Source: Candidatus Micrarchaeota archaeon
GTDB lineage: Archaea > B1Sed10-29 > B47-G15
NCBI GenBank assembly: GCA_003660975.1
Contig: QMVG01000003.1
Coordinates: forward strand, 53,235-117,234
Reading direction: 5' to 3'
DNA: 64,000 nucleotides
Of the stretch, positions 18,424 through 27,588 are shown in pieces. The notes under the pieces were generated by a model. The model did not search any database and had not been told where the DNA came from. It saw only the letters and a list, made by a program, of their open reading frames with translations. A program made the translations under genes and the position numbers. How positions within the stretch are numbered: position 1 is the first letter of the stretch; each line of letters starts with the position of its first letter.

Positions 18424-18888
18424 ATGAAGTTATCTGTACCCTCTTTCGGCATCGCAAACAAGAAAGCCATTTTAGCCCTGATTTTAGCCATTGCAGTTAT
18501 TTCCGTTATAATCTACTTCACGCCTTTTAGCACTAGCACAGACATTGTGCTTTATTTTGACAAGGCCACTGTTAAGGCAGGGGAATCAAGCAAGCTCTTT
18601 TTAGAGCTTAACAACAATTTAGGCAAGGACATGAAATACATATACATTGCTGTCACTCCAATAGACCCAAACACAATAACAGTGCCAAGCAATACTATAG
18701 AATTACATCAGGCAAACTTCGGCATGGACGAGAAAAGGAAATTTGACTTTGACGTTTTCGTGAGTGATACTGCTATAGAAGGATCTTATTCTTTGAATGT
18801 TGTGGTAATTATGGATGCAGATGCTTTGAATCTTCAAAACCCAGACTTTAAAGAAGAGAGGAGAATTAAGTTGGAGGTTAAGAGGTAA
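18424..18888 (+). CDS. Membrane-anchored Ig-like protein
   Basis: N-terminal TM segment, beta-rich body, GSYSLNV. Confidence 0.6.
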   Translation: MKLSVPSFGIANKKAILALILAIAVISVIIYFTPFSTSTDIVLYFDKATVKAGESSKLFLELNNNLGKDMKYIYIAVTPIDPNTITVPSNTIELHQANFGMDEKRKFDFDVFVSDTAIEGSYSLNVVVIMDADALNLQNPDFKEERRIKLEVKR

Positions 18889-18893
18889 TTAAT

Positions 18894-19073
18894 ATGGACG
18901 GTAATTTTGATATAGAAATGACCCACAAGATTGATAAGGAGCTGGCAGAGCTTCTGTATAAGGCATACAACAAAACAGCAGTTGAGCTAAGCAGACTTTG
19001 CTTTGAATACAATAAAACACCTGAAGAGGTGCTTGAGGTATTCAAGAAACTTAGGGACGGCATTTTGGATTAG
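18894..19073 (+). CDS. Small hypothetical protein (59 aa)
   Basis: Manually read MDGNFDIEMTHK...DGILD; GAGGT RBS. Confidence 0.55.
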   Translation: MDGNFDIEMTHKIDKELAELLYKAYNKTAVELSRLCFEYNKTPEEVLEVFKKLRDGILD

Positions 19074-19303
19074 AGATGGAGCGCTTTTATCAGCTTTTCC
19101 TCATCAAAGCCAACAACTATAACGCCGTCCACGTCAATTACAGGAACTCCCCTTTGGCCACTTTTTTGTTCTAGTTCTCTTATTCTTTCAGGTTCTTTTG
19201 ATAGGTCAACTTCATCAAACCTTATGTCGTTTTCTTTTAGAAATTGTTTGACTTTTTCACACCATTCTGAGTTTGGAGCAGTGTAAACCACAACACGCGT
19301 CAT
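19070..19303 (-). CDS. Glutaredoxin-like protein (NrdH/YruB type, SxxC)
   Basis: SEWC, GQRGVPVI, VGFD; GGAGGT RBS. Confidence 0.85.
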   Translation of the reverse strand: MTRVVVYTAPNSEWCEKVKQFLKENDIRFDEVDLSKEPERIRELEQKSGQRGVPVIDVDGVIVVGFDEEKLIKALHL

Positions 19304-19452
19304 CAGCGAATACCTCCTGAATCTTCTTAGAATTTGAAATTTACTTAATAATGCTTAATATAGTTTTCGCTGTCAGCTTCTGTTAACTTGTCATTGGCGA
19401 GATAAGAAATAAAAATCTTGAACTTGTAGAAATGAAAAAATTAATAAACTTT

Positions 19453-19528
19453 TCATAACATACTAAATATATGAAATTAGCCAAAAAGATTACCTTCGAC
19501 AACTTCTTATATTCCCGGAACGTTAGCA
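19453..19528 (+). repeat. attC-like imperfect palindrome
   Basis: TAAC (19456-59) / GTTA (19522-25) outer cores; arms AATATATGAAATT (19466-78) and AACTTCTTATATT (19501-13), 11/13 complementary. Confidence 0.45.
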
Positions 19529-19589
19529 GAAATTGCCCTCAGCCTACGTTTTAATAAGATTTAAATAAAATATCTCTTTAATTGAATTT

Positions 19590-20153
19590 ATGACAAAGTT
19601 ATTTGATGAAGTTAAACAGTTTGTTAAGGAATCCTTTGAAGAGTGTGGATATAAGGAACATATAAAACATCTTGAAAGAACTGTTTATTGGGTGAAAAAA
19701 TTAAAACCAAATGCGGACGAAGCACTTTTGATTGCAGCAATTTCGCATGATATAGGAACTGCCCATAGGTGGAAGAAAATACAAAAAGAACTTCATCAGA
19801 TGAAATTTACAGATAAAGAACTTATTGAAAAACATCAGAAAGAATGCGCAAGAATTATTGAAGAATTTTTAAGGAAACAAGGTGCGAATCCGGAGATAAT
19901 TGATAGAGTAAAAATGCTGGTTTCAAAGCATGAAGAAGGGGGAAATGCGGATCAAAATTTATTAAAAGACGCGGACAGTATTAGCTTTTTTGAAAATAAC
20001 ATCCCAGTTTTTCTGAATATGGCAAAGAAAATCGGAAAGGGAAAGGTAAAACAAAAATTTGATTGGATGTATAATAGAATGACCTCAGAAAAAGCACGAC
20101 GAATTGTCAAGAAATGGTATGATAAAGCAATTAAGGATTTAAGAAATGTTTGA
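19590..20153 (+). CDS. HD-domain protein (DUF4202-like)
   Basis: H..SHDIG..H..KHE..DADSISFF. Confidence 0.8.
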   Translation: MTKLFDEVKQFVKESFEECGYKEHIKHLERTVYWVKKLKPNADEALLIAAISHDIGTAHRWKKIQKELHQMKFTDKELIEKHQKECARIIEEFLRKQGANPEIIDRVKMLVSKHEEGGNADQNLLKDADSISFFENNIPVFLNMAKKIGKGKVKQKFDWMYNRMTSEKARRIVKKWYDKAIKDLRNV

Positions 20154-20222
20154 ATTTTAGCGGGCTTCAGGCAGCTCTTCGCAATCCTTCGGATTGCTTA
20201 ACCACTCCAAGTATTCGCGGGG

Positions 20223-20312
20223 ACTTAACAGCGGATAAACGATTTCGCTACGCTACATCCAAACCCACTTCGTGGGCTTATTCGCAATTGTTTAACCAAC
20301 AATAAGTTAACA
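20223..20312 (+). repeat. attC-like imperfect palindrome
   Basis: ACTTAAC (RYYYAAC) at 20223-29 and GTTAA at 20306-10; arms GGATAAACGATT / AATTGTTTAACC 10/12 complementary; internal CCCAC-TTC-GTGGG hairpin. Confidence 0.45.
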
Positions 20313-20380
20313 GAAGATACTGCCCGATACTTTTTTATTTACAGGAGCTTTATCCATAACATATATGGGGATGGTAGGCC

Positions 20381-20500
20381 ATGACTCCGGCTGAGGTTAT
20401 AATATTTCTCTGTATGCTTGTGATTGTAGGAGCTATCGTTGTCATAATCTTAGCATGGCAATTCTACAAAGAGGCCCACAGTGTTGAAACAGCTAAATAA
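20381..20500 (+). CDS. Small single-TM protein (39 aa)
   Basis: Manually read MTPAEVIIFLCMLVIVGAIVVIILAWQFYKEAHSVETAK. Confidence 0.45.
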   Translation: MTPAEVIIFLCMLVIVGAIVVIILAWQFYKEAHSVETAK

Positions 20501-21944
20501 GCGCTTCTTTTAGCTTTTCTATCCTGACCCTTTTTTGCTTTGTGCTGTCCCTATCTCTTATTGTTACAGTGTTGTCTTTTAATGTGTCATAATCTATTGT
20601 TATCCCAAAAGGTATCCCTATCTCATCTGCCCTTGCGTATCTTCTTCCTATACTTCCACTGCTGTCATAGAACAGTTCTGTGTCTTTTTTCAGTGCTTCA
20701 TAAATTTCAAGAGCTTTTTCATCTATCCCATTCTTATTTACTAATGGATAAACAGCTGCTATATAAGGAGCCACCTGCTTTGGCAGGGCAAAATATTTTC
20801 TCTTTTCCTCCTCTCTGTAAAAGCTGTCAAGCAATAAAAAGAGCATTCTGTCTATGCCAAAAGTAAGCTCTACGACATGTGGGATGAATTTAACTCCTCC
20901 CTTGTTTATCTCCATTTTTTCTCCAGAATATTTTTGGTGCCTGCTTAAATCATAGTCTGTTCTGTAATGGCAAGCAGCCACTTCCTTGTATTCGCTGTAA
21001 GAGTTGAACCAAACCTCTAAGTCAAAGTGGTACTTATTGTAAAACGCCTTTTCCTCCTCGTTCTTTTCCCAAAACCTCATTTTTTCAATACCAAGACCCT
21101 GAAAGAACTCCAAAATTTTTGCCATGTAATAGACATATCTTTTCCCATATCCCATTGCTACTAATTCTGAGGCCTTCATTTTCTTAATCCCTTCTTTTCT
21201 TTTTTCAGCCAATACTACAGGCATTTCAAGATTTCTGATAGAATCAAAGTCAGGATGCTCCTTAATGTCTTCTGGTCTTATGAAGATTTGCAGTTCTGCT
21301 TGTGTGAATTCCCTCATTCTGAACAGGCCCTGCCTCGGGCTTATCTCGTTCCTAAAAGCTTTACCCACGATTGCTAAACCAAGAGGAATCCTTTCCCTGT
21401 TTACTTTATATTCTCTCTTAAAGTTCACATAACTTCCTTGAGCTGTTTCTGGCCTCAAGAAAGCTTTTACACCACTGTTAAAACCAACCTCGAAGGAGAA
21501 CATCAGATTTATATGAGCAGTGTTGCTGAGCTCTCCACCACATTTTAGGCATTTTATTTTGTGCTTTTTTATGATTCCATCCATTTCCTTCTCGGACAAG
21601 CCTTCAAAAGATTCATTTAGTATTGACTCTAACAATTCATCAGCCCTGTACCGCATTTTGCATTTTTTACACACGACCACCGGGTCTGTAAAGTGTTGAA
21701 GATGGCCACTGGCTTTCCAAACTTTTTCTGGCATTATTTCAGATGGCTGAATTTCGTGGATATTTTCCTCTATTTTTAAAAAGTACGAGCGCCAGTAATT
21801 CTCTAACCTTCTTTTTATCCTACTTCCAATGCTTCCATAATCATAAAAACCAGCAAACGCGCCATATATTTCTGAAGACGGGTAGAATATCCCCCTCTTT
21901 AGACATATCTCCATTATTTTATCATATCTTGATTTGTCCTGCAT
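20493..21944 (-). CDS. glyS: Glycyl-tRNA synthetase (alpha2 type)
   Basis: LRPETAQG, FRNEISPR, REFTQAE, GSIGRRYAR. Confidence 0.95.
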   Translation of the reverse strand: MQDKSRYDKIMEICLKRGIFYPSSEIYGAFAGFYDYGSIGSRIKRRLENYWRSYFLKIEENIHEIQPSEIMPEKVWKASGHLQHFTDPVVVCKKCKMRYRADELLESILNESFEGLSEKEMDGIIKKHKIKCLKCGGELSNTAHINLMFSFEVGFNSGVKAFLRPETAQGSYVNFKREYKVNRERIPLGLAIVGKAFRNEISPRQGLFRMREFTQAELQIFIRPEDIKEHPDFDSIRNLEMPVVLAEKRKEGIKKMKASELVAMGYGKRYVYYMAKILEFFQGLGIEKMRFWEKNEEEKAFYNKYHFDLEVWFNSYSEYKEVAACHYRTDYDLSRHQKYSGEKMEINKGGVKFIPHVVELTFGIDRMLFLLLDSFYREEEKRKYFALPKQVAPYIAAVYPLVNKNGIDEKALEIYEALKKDTELFYDSSGSIGRRYARADEIGIPFGITIDYDTLKDNTVTIRDRDSTKQKRVRIEKLKEALI

Positions 21945-21948
21945 ATAA

Positions 21949-22425
21949 TCACTTTCTTTCAGCTACTACGAGCAGGTCCTTTTCTTTGTCTCCTATCTCT
22001 TTCTTAATTAATACTCTTATTTTATTAAGCTTTGCTAGTTCATCTGAAAAGCGCAACGGGACAGAGACCACTAAAATACCTTCTCTTCTGGCAAAGGCAG
22101 TTATGTCATAATCAACAAGATGCAAGGCATCTATGCAGAAAACAAAATCAAATGTCTTTTTTAATGCAGGTTTGCTGCTTATGATGTAATTAATCCCTTT
22201 GACCTTTTTTATGCTCTCATCTATGTCTATACCAACTATTTCTTTGAAATTATATCCCTTTTTTCTTAGATACTCTTCCAGCCAAGCAGGGCCTATGCCA
22301 ATGTCAAGCATTGTTTTTTTACTTGCATCTTCTAACAAGTTAAGCTTTTCCAGCTCCGCAGTTATCTCTTTGTATTTTGCTATCTGCTTTTCTTTCCAAG
22401 AATTATAGATATGCCTGCTGAACAT
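21949..22425 (-). CDS. Class I SAM-dependent methyltransferase
   Basis: LDIGIG, GIDID, FDFVFC. Confidence 0.8.
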   Translation of the reverse strand: MFSRHIYNSWKEKQIAKYKEITAELEKLNLLEDASKKTMLDIGIGPAWLEEYLRKKGYNFKEIVGIDIDESIKKVKGINYIISSKPALKKTFDFVFCIDALHLVDYDITAFARREGILVVSVPLRFSDELAKLNKIRVLIKKEIGDKEKDLLVVAERK

Positions 22426-22430
22426 ATGTA

Positions 22431-23414
22431 TCAGTCAATGCCAGTTTTTGTCCTGCAGTAGGCCATACCAAGCTGAGGAGTATACCACTCGCAGTTCTCT
22501 TCCTGCTCGCACTGTGTTTTTAACGTTAATGCCCTGCATAAATCAACAGCTTTTGATGTGCTGTTGCTTGCACCAAAGTTATCAGTTACTGTAAGGCTCA
22601 CATCATAGGTTCCCAGGGAGGCATAGGTCTGCTCAACCTCCTTTCCAATAACACCGATTCCTCCACTTTCTGTTTCAATGTTCCACAAAAATTGTTCATC
22701 GCTCCAATCGCTTATGTCCTCGTCGTCTCTGACCGATGCAACAAAATAGCATGTATATGAAGCATCCGAGCCTATTTTCATGCATAAATGGGAAAAGTCC
22801 ACTATAGGAACTTTGTTATATTTACATTCAGAACTGTCAAAATGACAATTGGCATCACATCTAAGCGTCCCTTTGTCATAACCCAAGCTCTGGCAGCTTT
22901 GGCCGTTTAGGTCTTCACCATCACAGTCCTCTCCCTCTTCTGCAACACCGTTTCCACAGATTGCTTTATGCACTTCTTCTACACATTGTCCGTTCTGGCA
23001 TACCTGCCCTGGAGGGCATCCACAGTCCTGAGGACAGTTTTCACAGTTTTCAGTAGCTTCACAAATGCTATTTCCGCACTGTGGAGTCACTTGTCCTCCG
23101 CTTTCCACCCCAACACCTATCATATTTACCTTTCCCTCTTTGCAAAGCTGACAAGCTACACCGCAACCTGCTTCATGACTCTGGATGTCTCTGCCTTGTG
23201 CATCTATACAAGCATCCTCACAGAAAGGGCAATCAGAGGCTCCAGTAAGGAGCTGCGATAGGCATTGGCTTGCCGCTGCTTTGCATTTGTTTAAATCACC
23301 AGCAGTTTTTTGTGTCCCAAAAGCACCAAGCGTGAACATAATTACTACTGCTGAAATACCAAGAACAACTGTTATTAACACGAGGTATTCTAATGAGCCT
23401 TGCGCTCTTTTCAT
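22431..23414 (-). CDS. Class III signal peptide (type IV pilin-like) Cys-rich protein with PKD domain
   Basis: KRAQGSLEYL; CGN/EDCDG repeats; YDVSLTVTDNFG. Confidence 0.8.
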   Translation of the reverse strand: MKRAQGSLEYLVLITVVLGISAVVIMFTLGAFGTQKTAGDLNKCKAAASQCLSQLLTGASDCPFCEDACIDAQGRDIQSHEAGCGVACQLCKEGKVNMIGVGVESGGQVTPQCGNSICEATENCENCPQDCGCPPGQVCQNGQCVEEVHKAICGNGVAEEGEDCDGEDLNGQSCQSLGYDKGTLRCDANCHFDSSECKYNKVPIVDFSHLCMKIGSDASYTCYFVASVRDDEDISDWSDEQFLWNIETESGGIGVIGKEVEQTYASLGTYDVSLTVTDNFGASNSTSKAVDLCRALTLKTQCEQEENCEWYTPQLGMAYCRTKTGID

Positions 23415-23497
23415 GGTTAAGATTAGTATCTTAATGTATTTAAAGAATTGTGCTATTCAGGCAAATTCTTTTAAATCTGCAATGCCTTTTCAAGAGC

Positions 23498-23923
23498 ATG
23501 AAGACTCTTTTCTGCCCTGAGTGTAATTATCCGTTAACAGTCGTTCTTAAAGGCGATAAAATAGACGAATGGAAGATATGCCCAAAGTGTTCTGTCCCTT
23601 CTTATGTTATAGTAACCCCTACAGGAAGATCTAGTGTGATATCTCTTGCCGAAATAGTGAGGGACATGAGGGCGCACAAATACGCAATCAACGCTTTGCT
23701 TTATATACTTAAGAATGGTGGAGCATGGCTAGATGATTTGCAATTTAATGTAGGCAAACTTGTTGAGGAAGATTTAAGTCTTTTAGTGGATTTGCACGTT
23801 CTTGAAAGCAGCAGGGCAGGGAAGTTTTTTTCTATACCTGACTTCTTAAAGAAAGCTTTGGCTGTTCAGCTGATAAAATATGTGAACAAGCCAGAGCAGT
23901 GGCTCAAGGAATTAGCATGGTAG
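23498..23923 (+). CDS. Zn-ribbon plus winged-helix hypothetical protein
   Basis: CPEC..CPKC; start set at ATG 23498. Confidence 0.6.
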   Translation: MKTLFCPECNYPLTVVLKGDKIDEWKICPKCSVPSYVIVTPTGRSSVISLAEIVRDMRAHKYAINALLYILKNGGAWLDDLQFNVGKLVEEDLSLLVDLHVLESSRAGKFFSIPDFLKKALAVQLIKYVNKPEQWLKELAW

Positions 23924-23956
23924 AAAGATTTATTAATTGACTGTCTCTATCTTATA

Positions 23957-24697
23957 GTGATGAAAGCTCAAAGCTCCTTGGAATATCTGGTGATTGTTGC
24001 AGTTGTTTTAGGCATTGTTGCAGCTGTTTCTTATTTCATGTTGAGTCCAGTGCCTGGCTTTCAAAAAAGCGGTTCTATTTCCATATGTAGGCAGGCAGCC
24101 ATAGAGTGCTATGCAAAAAAGCAGGTAAACCCAGAAGACCCATGCAAAAACTGTGACTCTGCCTGTTTGGATTCATCTGGCAATGAGCTTTTTGAAGGTG
24201 CTTTAAGGTGTTGCAAAGCCGGGAGGAGTTCTGCAATATATGAGGGCAGTCAGGAAAACTGTATGGAATCGCCTATTGCTGATTTTACATATGATTGTCA
24301 GGAAAATAGCGAAGGCATAACTGAATGTGATTTTGATGCGACAAGCAGTTATGACACTGATGGATATATCCAAACATATAGTTGGCAGGTTGATTTCTTA
24401 GATAGCGATAGGAATAGTTATAGGGCAACAGGGCCGTATATTTCACTTGCCTTGGAGGGAGGAAGGAATAGGGTTACTCTTACAGTCACAGACAATGATG
24501 GTCTAAGCGCTTCGAAATCTGAAGAGATTACAGGAAGTTATGGAAAGTTATCGCAGTGTTCACTGTATTTGACGCGAGAGGAATGCCAAAGTGACCCTGA
24601 TTGCAAGTGGTGTGACTTTACTGGCACACAATTTGATTACTGTACTTATTCCAGTTACTCATGTGAGTATGGGTCTCGACCACCATTGCTTCCCTAA
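23957..24697 (+). CDS. Class III signal peptide (type IV pilin-like) Cys-rich protein with PKD domain
   Basis: KAQSSLEYL; PIADF..FDATSSYDTDG..YSW..VTLTVTDNDG. Confidence 0.8.
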   Translation: MMKAQSSLEYLVIVAVVLGIVAAVSYFMLSPVPGFQKSGSISICRQAAIECYAKKQVNPEDPCKNCDSACLDSSGNELFEGALRCCKAGRSSAIYEGSQENCMESPIADFTYDCQENSEGITECDFDATSSYDTDGYIQTYSWQVDFLDSDRNSYRATGPYISLALEGGRNRVTLTVTDNDGLSASKSEEITGSYGKLSQCSLYLTREECQSDPDCKWCDFTGTQFDYCTYSSYSCEYGSRPPLLP

Positions 24698-24727
24698 ATT
24701 CCTCTGAGAATTTTAAACAGGAATATT

Positions 24728-24758
24728 ATTATTTTTGTAATATTATTACAGGAATAAT
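24728..24758. promoter_or_regulatory. Inverted repeat, putative operator
   Basis: ATTATTTTTGTAATA-T-TATTACAGGAATAAT (13/15), just upstream of BRE/TATA GAAAGTTTTATAAA. Confidence 0.4.
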
Positions 24759-24803
24759 CAACAACGAAAGTTTTATAAATGATTTTTTCTTATTTTTTTC
24801 ACA

Positions 24804-25283
24804 ATGGCATTTTTAACAGAGATCATCAGTAAGTATGAAGAAGAGGCGAGGAGAAAAATAGAGGAAGCCAAAGAGTACAACAAAAGAAACAGGCCTGATG
24901 AAAGTATTTTCTTTGAATCGCCAAGAAGGAAGGCTGCTAGATATGAAACTGGCAAATCATACTCACCCCATGGCACAGGTGGAGGTACTGACGGAATATT
25001 TCTAAACTCACCTGTCCCTGCCTGCGACACTCAAAGTCAGGCCTCCACCGTGTCAAGACTTGAAAGAAAATTGAGCAATAAGCAAGGCATTTTAGCCATA
25101 GCAGAGGAAGCAATGTATGTTTCAGAACAGATTAAGAAAGATATGGAAAGCCAGGCAGAGCAGCCAGTTGCTGAAAACAGATTAGCTACAGGCAACAAGG
25201 GTCTGATCGAAAGGATTAGGTTTTTGGAGCAGGAAAATGAGAGATTGAGGGCAGAGTTAGAGAGGATTAAAAACAACCAATAA
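24804..25283 (+). CDS. Hypothetical protein with C-terminal coiled coil
   Basis: ORF track; TATA about 25 nt upstream. Confidence 0.6.
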   Translation: MAFLTEIISKYEEEARRKIEEAKEYNKRNRPDESIFFESPRRKAARYETGKSYSPHGTGGGTDGIFLNSPVPACDTQSQASTVSRLERKLSNKQGILAIAEEAMYVSEQIKKDMESQAEQPVAENRLATGNKGLIERIRFLEQENERLRAELERIKNNQ

Positions 25284-25308
25284 AAAGATTAAAGTTCCAT
25301 ATTTAAAC

Positions 25309-25605
25309 ATGGCTCTACAGATTCTGGGCTTTCTAAATGATGAGAGATTAAAGCATCTAGTGATATTTTTACTGATTCTTTTAGCTGCTGTTGCCATAAT
25401 AACTGCCATTGTATATCCCCGTATTGAAGAAAGAAAAATAACATATGGTCCAGACAGCTACACGTTTTACAGAGGTTATTGTGAGTCAAGGACATCTGAG
25501 TGTTATAATATACACAGAGAAAATCCGAATTATGATTGTTCGTTTAGATGCCAGGTTTGCCTGAGAGTGGGCGAGACAGCATATAACAATTGCATTAATG
25601 CCTAA
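25309..25605 (+). CDS. Membrane-anchored Cys-rich protein
   Basis: TM segment plus six Cys, spaced like the neighbouring pilin-like proteins. Confidence 0.6.
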   Translation: MALQILGFLNDERLKHLVIFLLILLAAVAIITAIVYPRIEERKITYGPDSYTFYRGYCESRTSECYNIHRENPNYDCSFRCQVCLRVGETAYNNCINA

Positions 25606-25609
25606 TTGA

Positions 25610-25681
25610 TGGACCTGGGGGGATTTGAACCCCCGACCTCTCGCGTGCGAAGCGAGCGATCTACCGCTGATCTACAGGCCC
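25610..25681 (-). tRNA. tRNA-Ala (CGC)
   Basis: Cloverleaf GGGCCTG..., anticodon arm CTCGC-TTCGCAC-GCGAG, GTTCAAATC; CCA not encoded. Confidence 0.95.
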
Positions 25682-25733
25682 TAAAACAGAATGTTTATTA
25701 TTTTAAGAGCTTAATAAAATAATGGGTGGTGTG

Positions 25734-26222
25734 ATGGACATAGAGGTTGTTAACATTGACAGGCCTGACAAGGCAGAGGTTATTATAGGTCAGGGCAATT
25801 TTTCCCTTAAGACCATAGACAATTTATATGATTCGATAGTTTCAAGCACGCCAGGTGTCAAATTTGGAGTTGCTATGAACGAGGCAAGTGAGAGAATTGT
25901 GAGGATAACGGGGAATGATGAGGAACTTGTTAACAAAGCTGCTGAAACAGTTAGAAAAATAGGGGCTGGTCATGTTTTCGTAGCTTTTGTTAGGGAAGCC
26001 TTCCCTATGCACGTTTTGCCAAGTATAAGGGCAATACCAACCGTCTGTAACATTTATGTAGCTACGAGTAATCCCTTGCAGGTTGTGGTAGGAATAACAG
26101 ATTTAGGAAGGTCAGTTTTGGGAGTAGTTGATGGTCCTGTCGTAGATAAAATAGAGGAAAAGGAAGATATTAAGAAAAGAAAGGAGATTCTCAAAAAAAT
26201 AGGTTTAATGCCTGAAGAGTGA
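25734..26222 (+). CDS. Adenosine-specific kinase family (DUF355)
   Basis: IIGQGNF, FGVAMNEAS, GAGH, ATSNPLQV, GVVDG. Confidence 0.85.
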   Translation: MDIEVVNIDRPDKAEVIIGQGNFSLKTIDNLYDSIVSSTPGVKFGVAMNEASERIVRITGNDEELVNKAAETVRKIGAGHVFVAFVREAFPMHVLPSIRAIPTVCNIYVATSNPLQVVVGITDLGRSVLGVVDGPVVDKIEEKEDIKKRKEILKKIGLMPEE

Positions 26223-26226
26223 GTGA

Positions 26227-26961
26227 ATGAAAAGAGGGGAGCACAAAGGGGAAAACGGATATGTTATGATAGTAGCAGCAGACCCCCTTTATGTGGGTGC
26301 TCCTGCTCTCTCTGCCTTGGCTGCCTTGAGGTCTGGTTGTGATTTAGCTGTAATCGCTGCTCCAGAGAAGATGGCATATGCTATAAATGCCATTTCACCA
26401 GATATTGTTACCATTAAATTAAAAGGAGATTATTTGAAAACCTCCCATATAAAAGATATCCTCCAGAGTGTTCACTTTGATGTTTTGCTTATAGGTCCTG
26501 GTCTTGGTAGAAGGAAGGCATCCCTCGATGCTGCCAGCACACTCATGAAGTGGCAAGGTCCAAAAGTGATAGACGCTACTGCTATTGATGTAATGCCAGA
26601 AGGATGTGGGAATTGTGTTATAACACCACATCAGGAGGAGTATAGAAGAAACTTTGGGAATTTTGATATAAAAAGGGTCGCAAGAGAGGATTTTGTGGTG
26701 CTGAGAAAGGGAAAGATAGATGAAGTCAGTGATGGCAAGCGCTTGTTTAAGAACAAGACAGGGAATAATGCCATGACAGTGGGAGGCACTGGTGATGTTC
26801 TTGCTGGCTTAGTTGCAGGTTTCATAGCACAGGGATATCCTCTTTATGAAGCAGCATGCAAGGCCGCATTCCTAAATGGCAAGGCTGGAGAAAGGGCTTT
26901 TAAGAAACATGGCTATAGCTTGCTGGCATCTGACCTTTTAGATGAAATTATTGTAAAGTGA
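26227..26961 (+). CDS. nnrD: NAD(P)H-hydrate dehydratase
   Basis: HKGENG, IGPGLG, TPH..E, GGTGDVLAG. Confidence 0.88.
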   Translation: MKRGEHKGENGYVMIVAADPLYVGAPALSALAALRSGCDLAVIAAPEKMAYAINAISPDIVTIKLKGDYLKTSHIKDILQSVHFDVLLIGPGLGRRKASLDAASTLMKWQGPKVIDATAIDVMPEGCGNCVITPHQEEYRRNFGNFDIKRVAREDFVVLRKGKIDEVSDGKRLFKNKTGNNAMTVGGTGDVLAGLVAGFIAQGYPLYEAACKAAFLNGKAGERAFKKHGYSLLASDLLDEIIVK

Positions 26962-26996
26962 AAAGTTTATAAAAGATAATTGCAGTAATTTAGTCT

Positions 26997-27212
26997 ATGA
27001 TATCAATCGGAAAGGCGATAAATGATTTTATAACTGGCCTACAGCACACTATCATGTTTTTCATAACGCTATTTCTTTTCATTTTCGTGGTTGGAGAATG
27101 GTACGGCGTTACTTACAGGCATATGCCAATGTTTTGGTGGCCTGTTTATTTGTTAATAATAGCACTGGTCGTTTACATAATCCTTGACTTGCAAAAGGAA
27201 GCTAAGAAGTGA
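26997..27212 (+). CDS. Small 2-TM membrane protein
   Basis: ORF track; hydrophobic. Confidence 0.6.
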   Translation: MISIGKAINDFITGLQHTIMFFITLFLFIFVVGEWYGVTYRHMPMFWWPVYLLIIALVVYIILDLQKEAKK

Positions 27213-27216
27213 TGTT

Positions 27217-27564
27217 GTGGCTGGTTCAGAAGAGAATAAGCACTATGAGATAGCAGATGAAGTACTCGAAAATATATTTCTTGAAAGCGTTCAAAACTTG
27301 TTTCTAGAGAAGGACATAGTTAGAAAGATAGAGGACAGGATAAGGCAGAAGACCATACAGATACTAGAGGTCTTCCCAGACGTTGATTTTGACTGGCTTT
27401 TATACGCCTTTGAACAGGACGATGAGGAAGCTGTTATTGAGGCTTTGGGAAAGGAGCCAAGTCAGGAGGAGTTCGATTTTCTTGTGCAGCAATTGGACTC
27501 AATAAATGCCCTAAATTTTTTGAGGCAGATGGCTCTTGAGAGGGAAAAAAGAGTAAAGAAATAA
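27217..27564 (+). CDS. Acidic hypothetical protein
   Basis: ORF track; GTG start chosen. Confidence 0.6.
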   Translation: MAGSEENKHYEIADEVLENIFLESVQNLFLEKDIVRKIEDRIRQKTIQILEVFPDVDFDWLLYAFEQDDEEAVIEALGKEPSQEEFDFLVQQLDSINALNFLRQMALEREKRVKK

Positions 27565-27588
27565 ACTTATACCCCTTTTTGCATAATA

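Larger units (their letters stand above)
19377..20316. mobile_element. Putative non-autonomous element or gene cassette carrying an HD-domain gene
   Basis: Inverted repeats CTTCTGTTAACTT (19377-19389 / 20304-20316), 18/21 when extended; AT-rich; internal attC-like hairpins. Confidence 0.5.

Noticed and set aside
25610-25640. att duplication of the tRNA-Ala 3' end (provirus)
   Set aside because: The only similar sequence is the complete second tRNA-Ala at 63206
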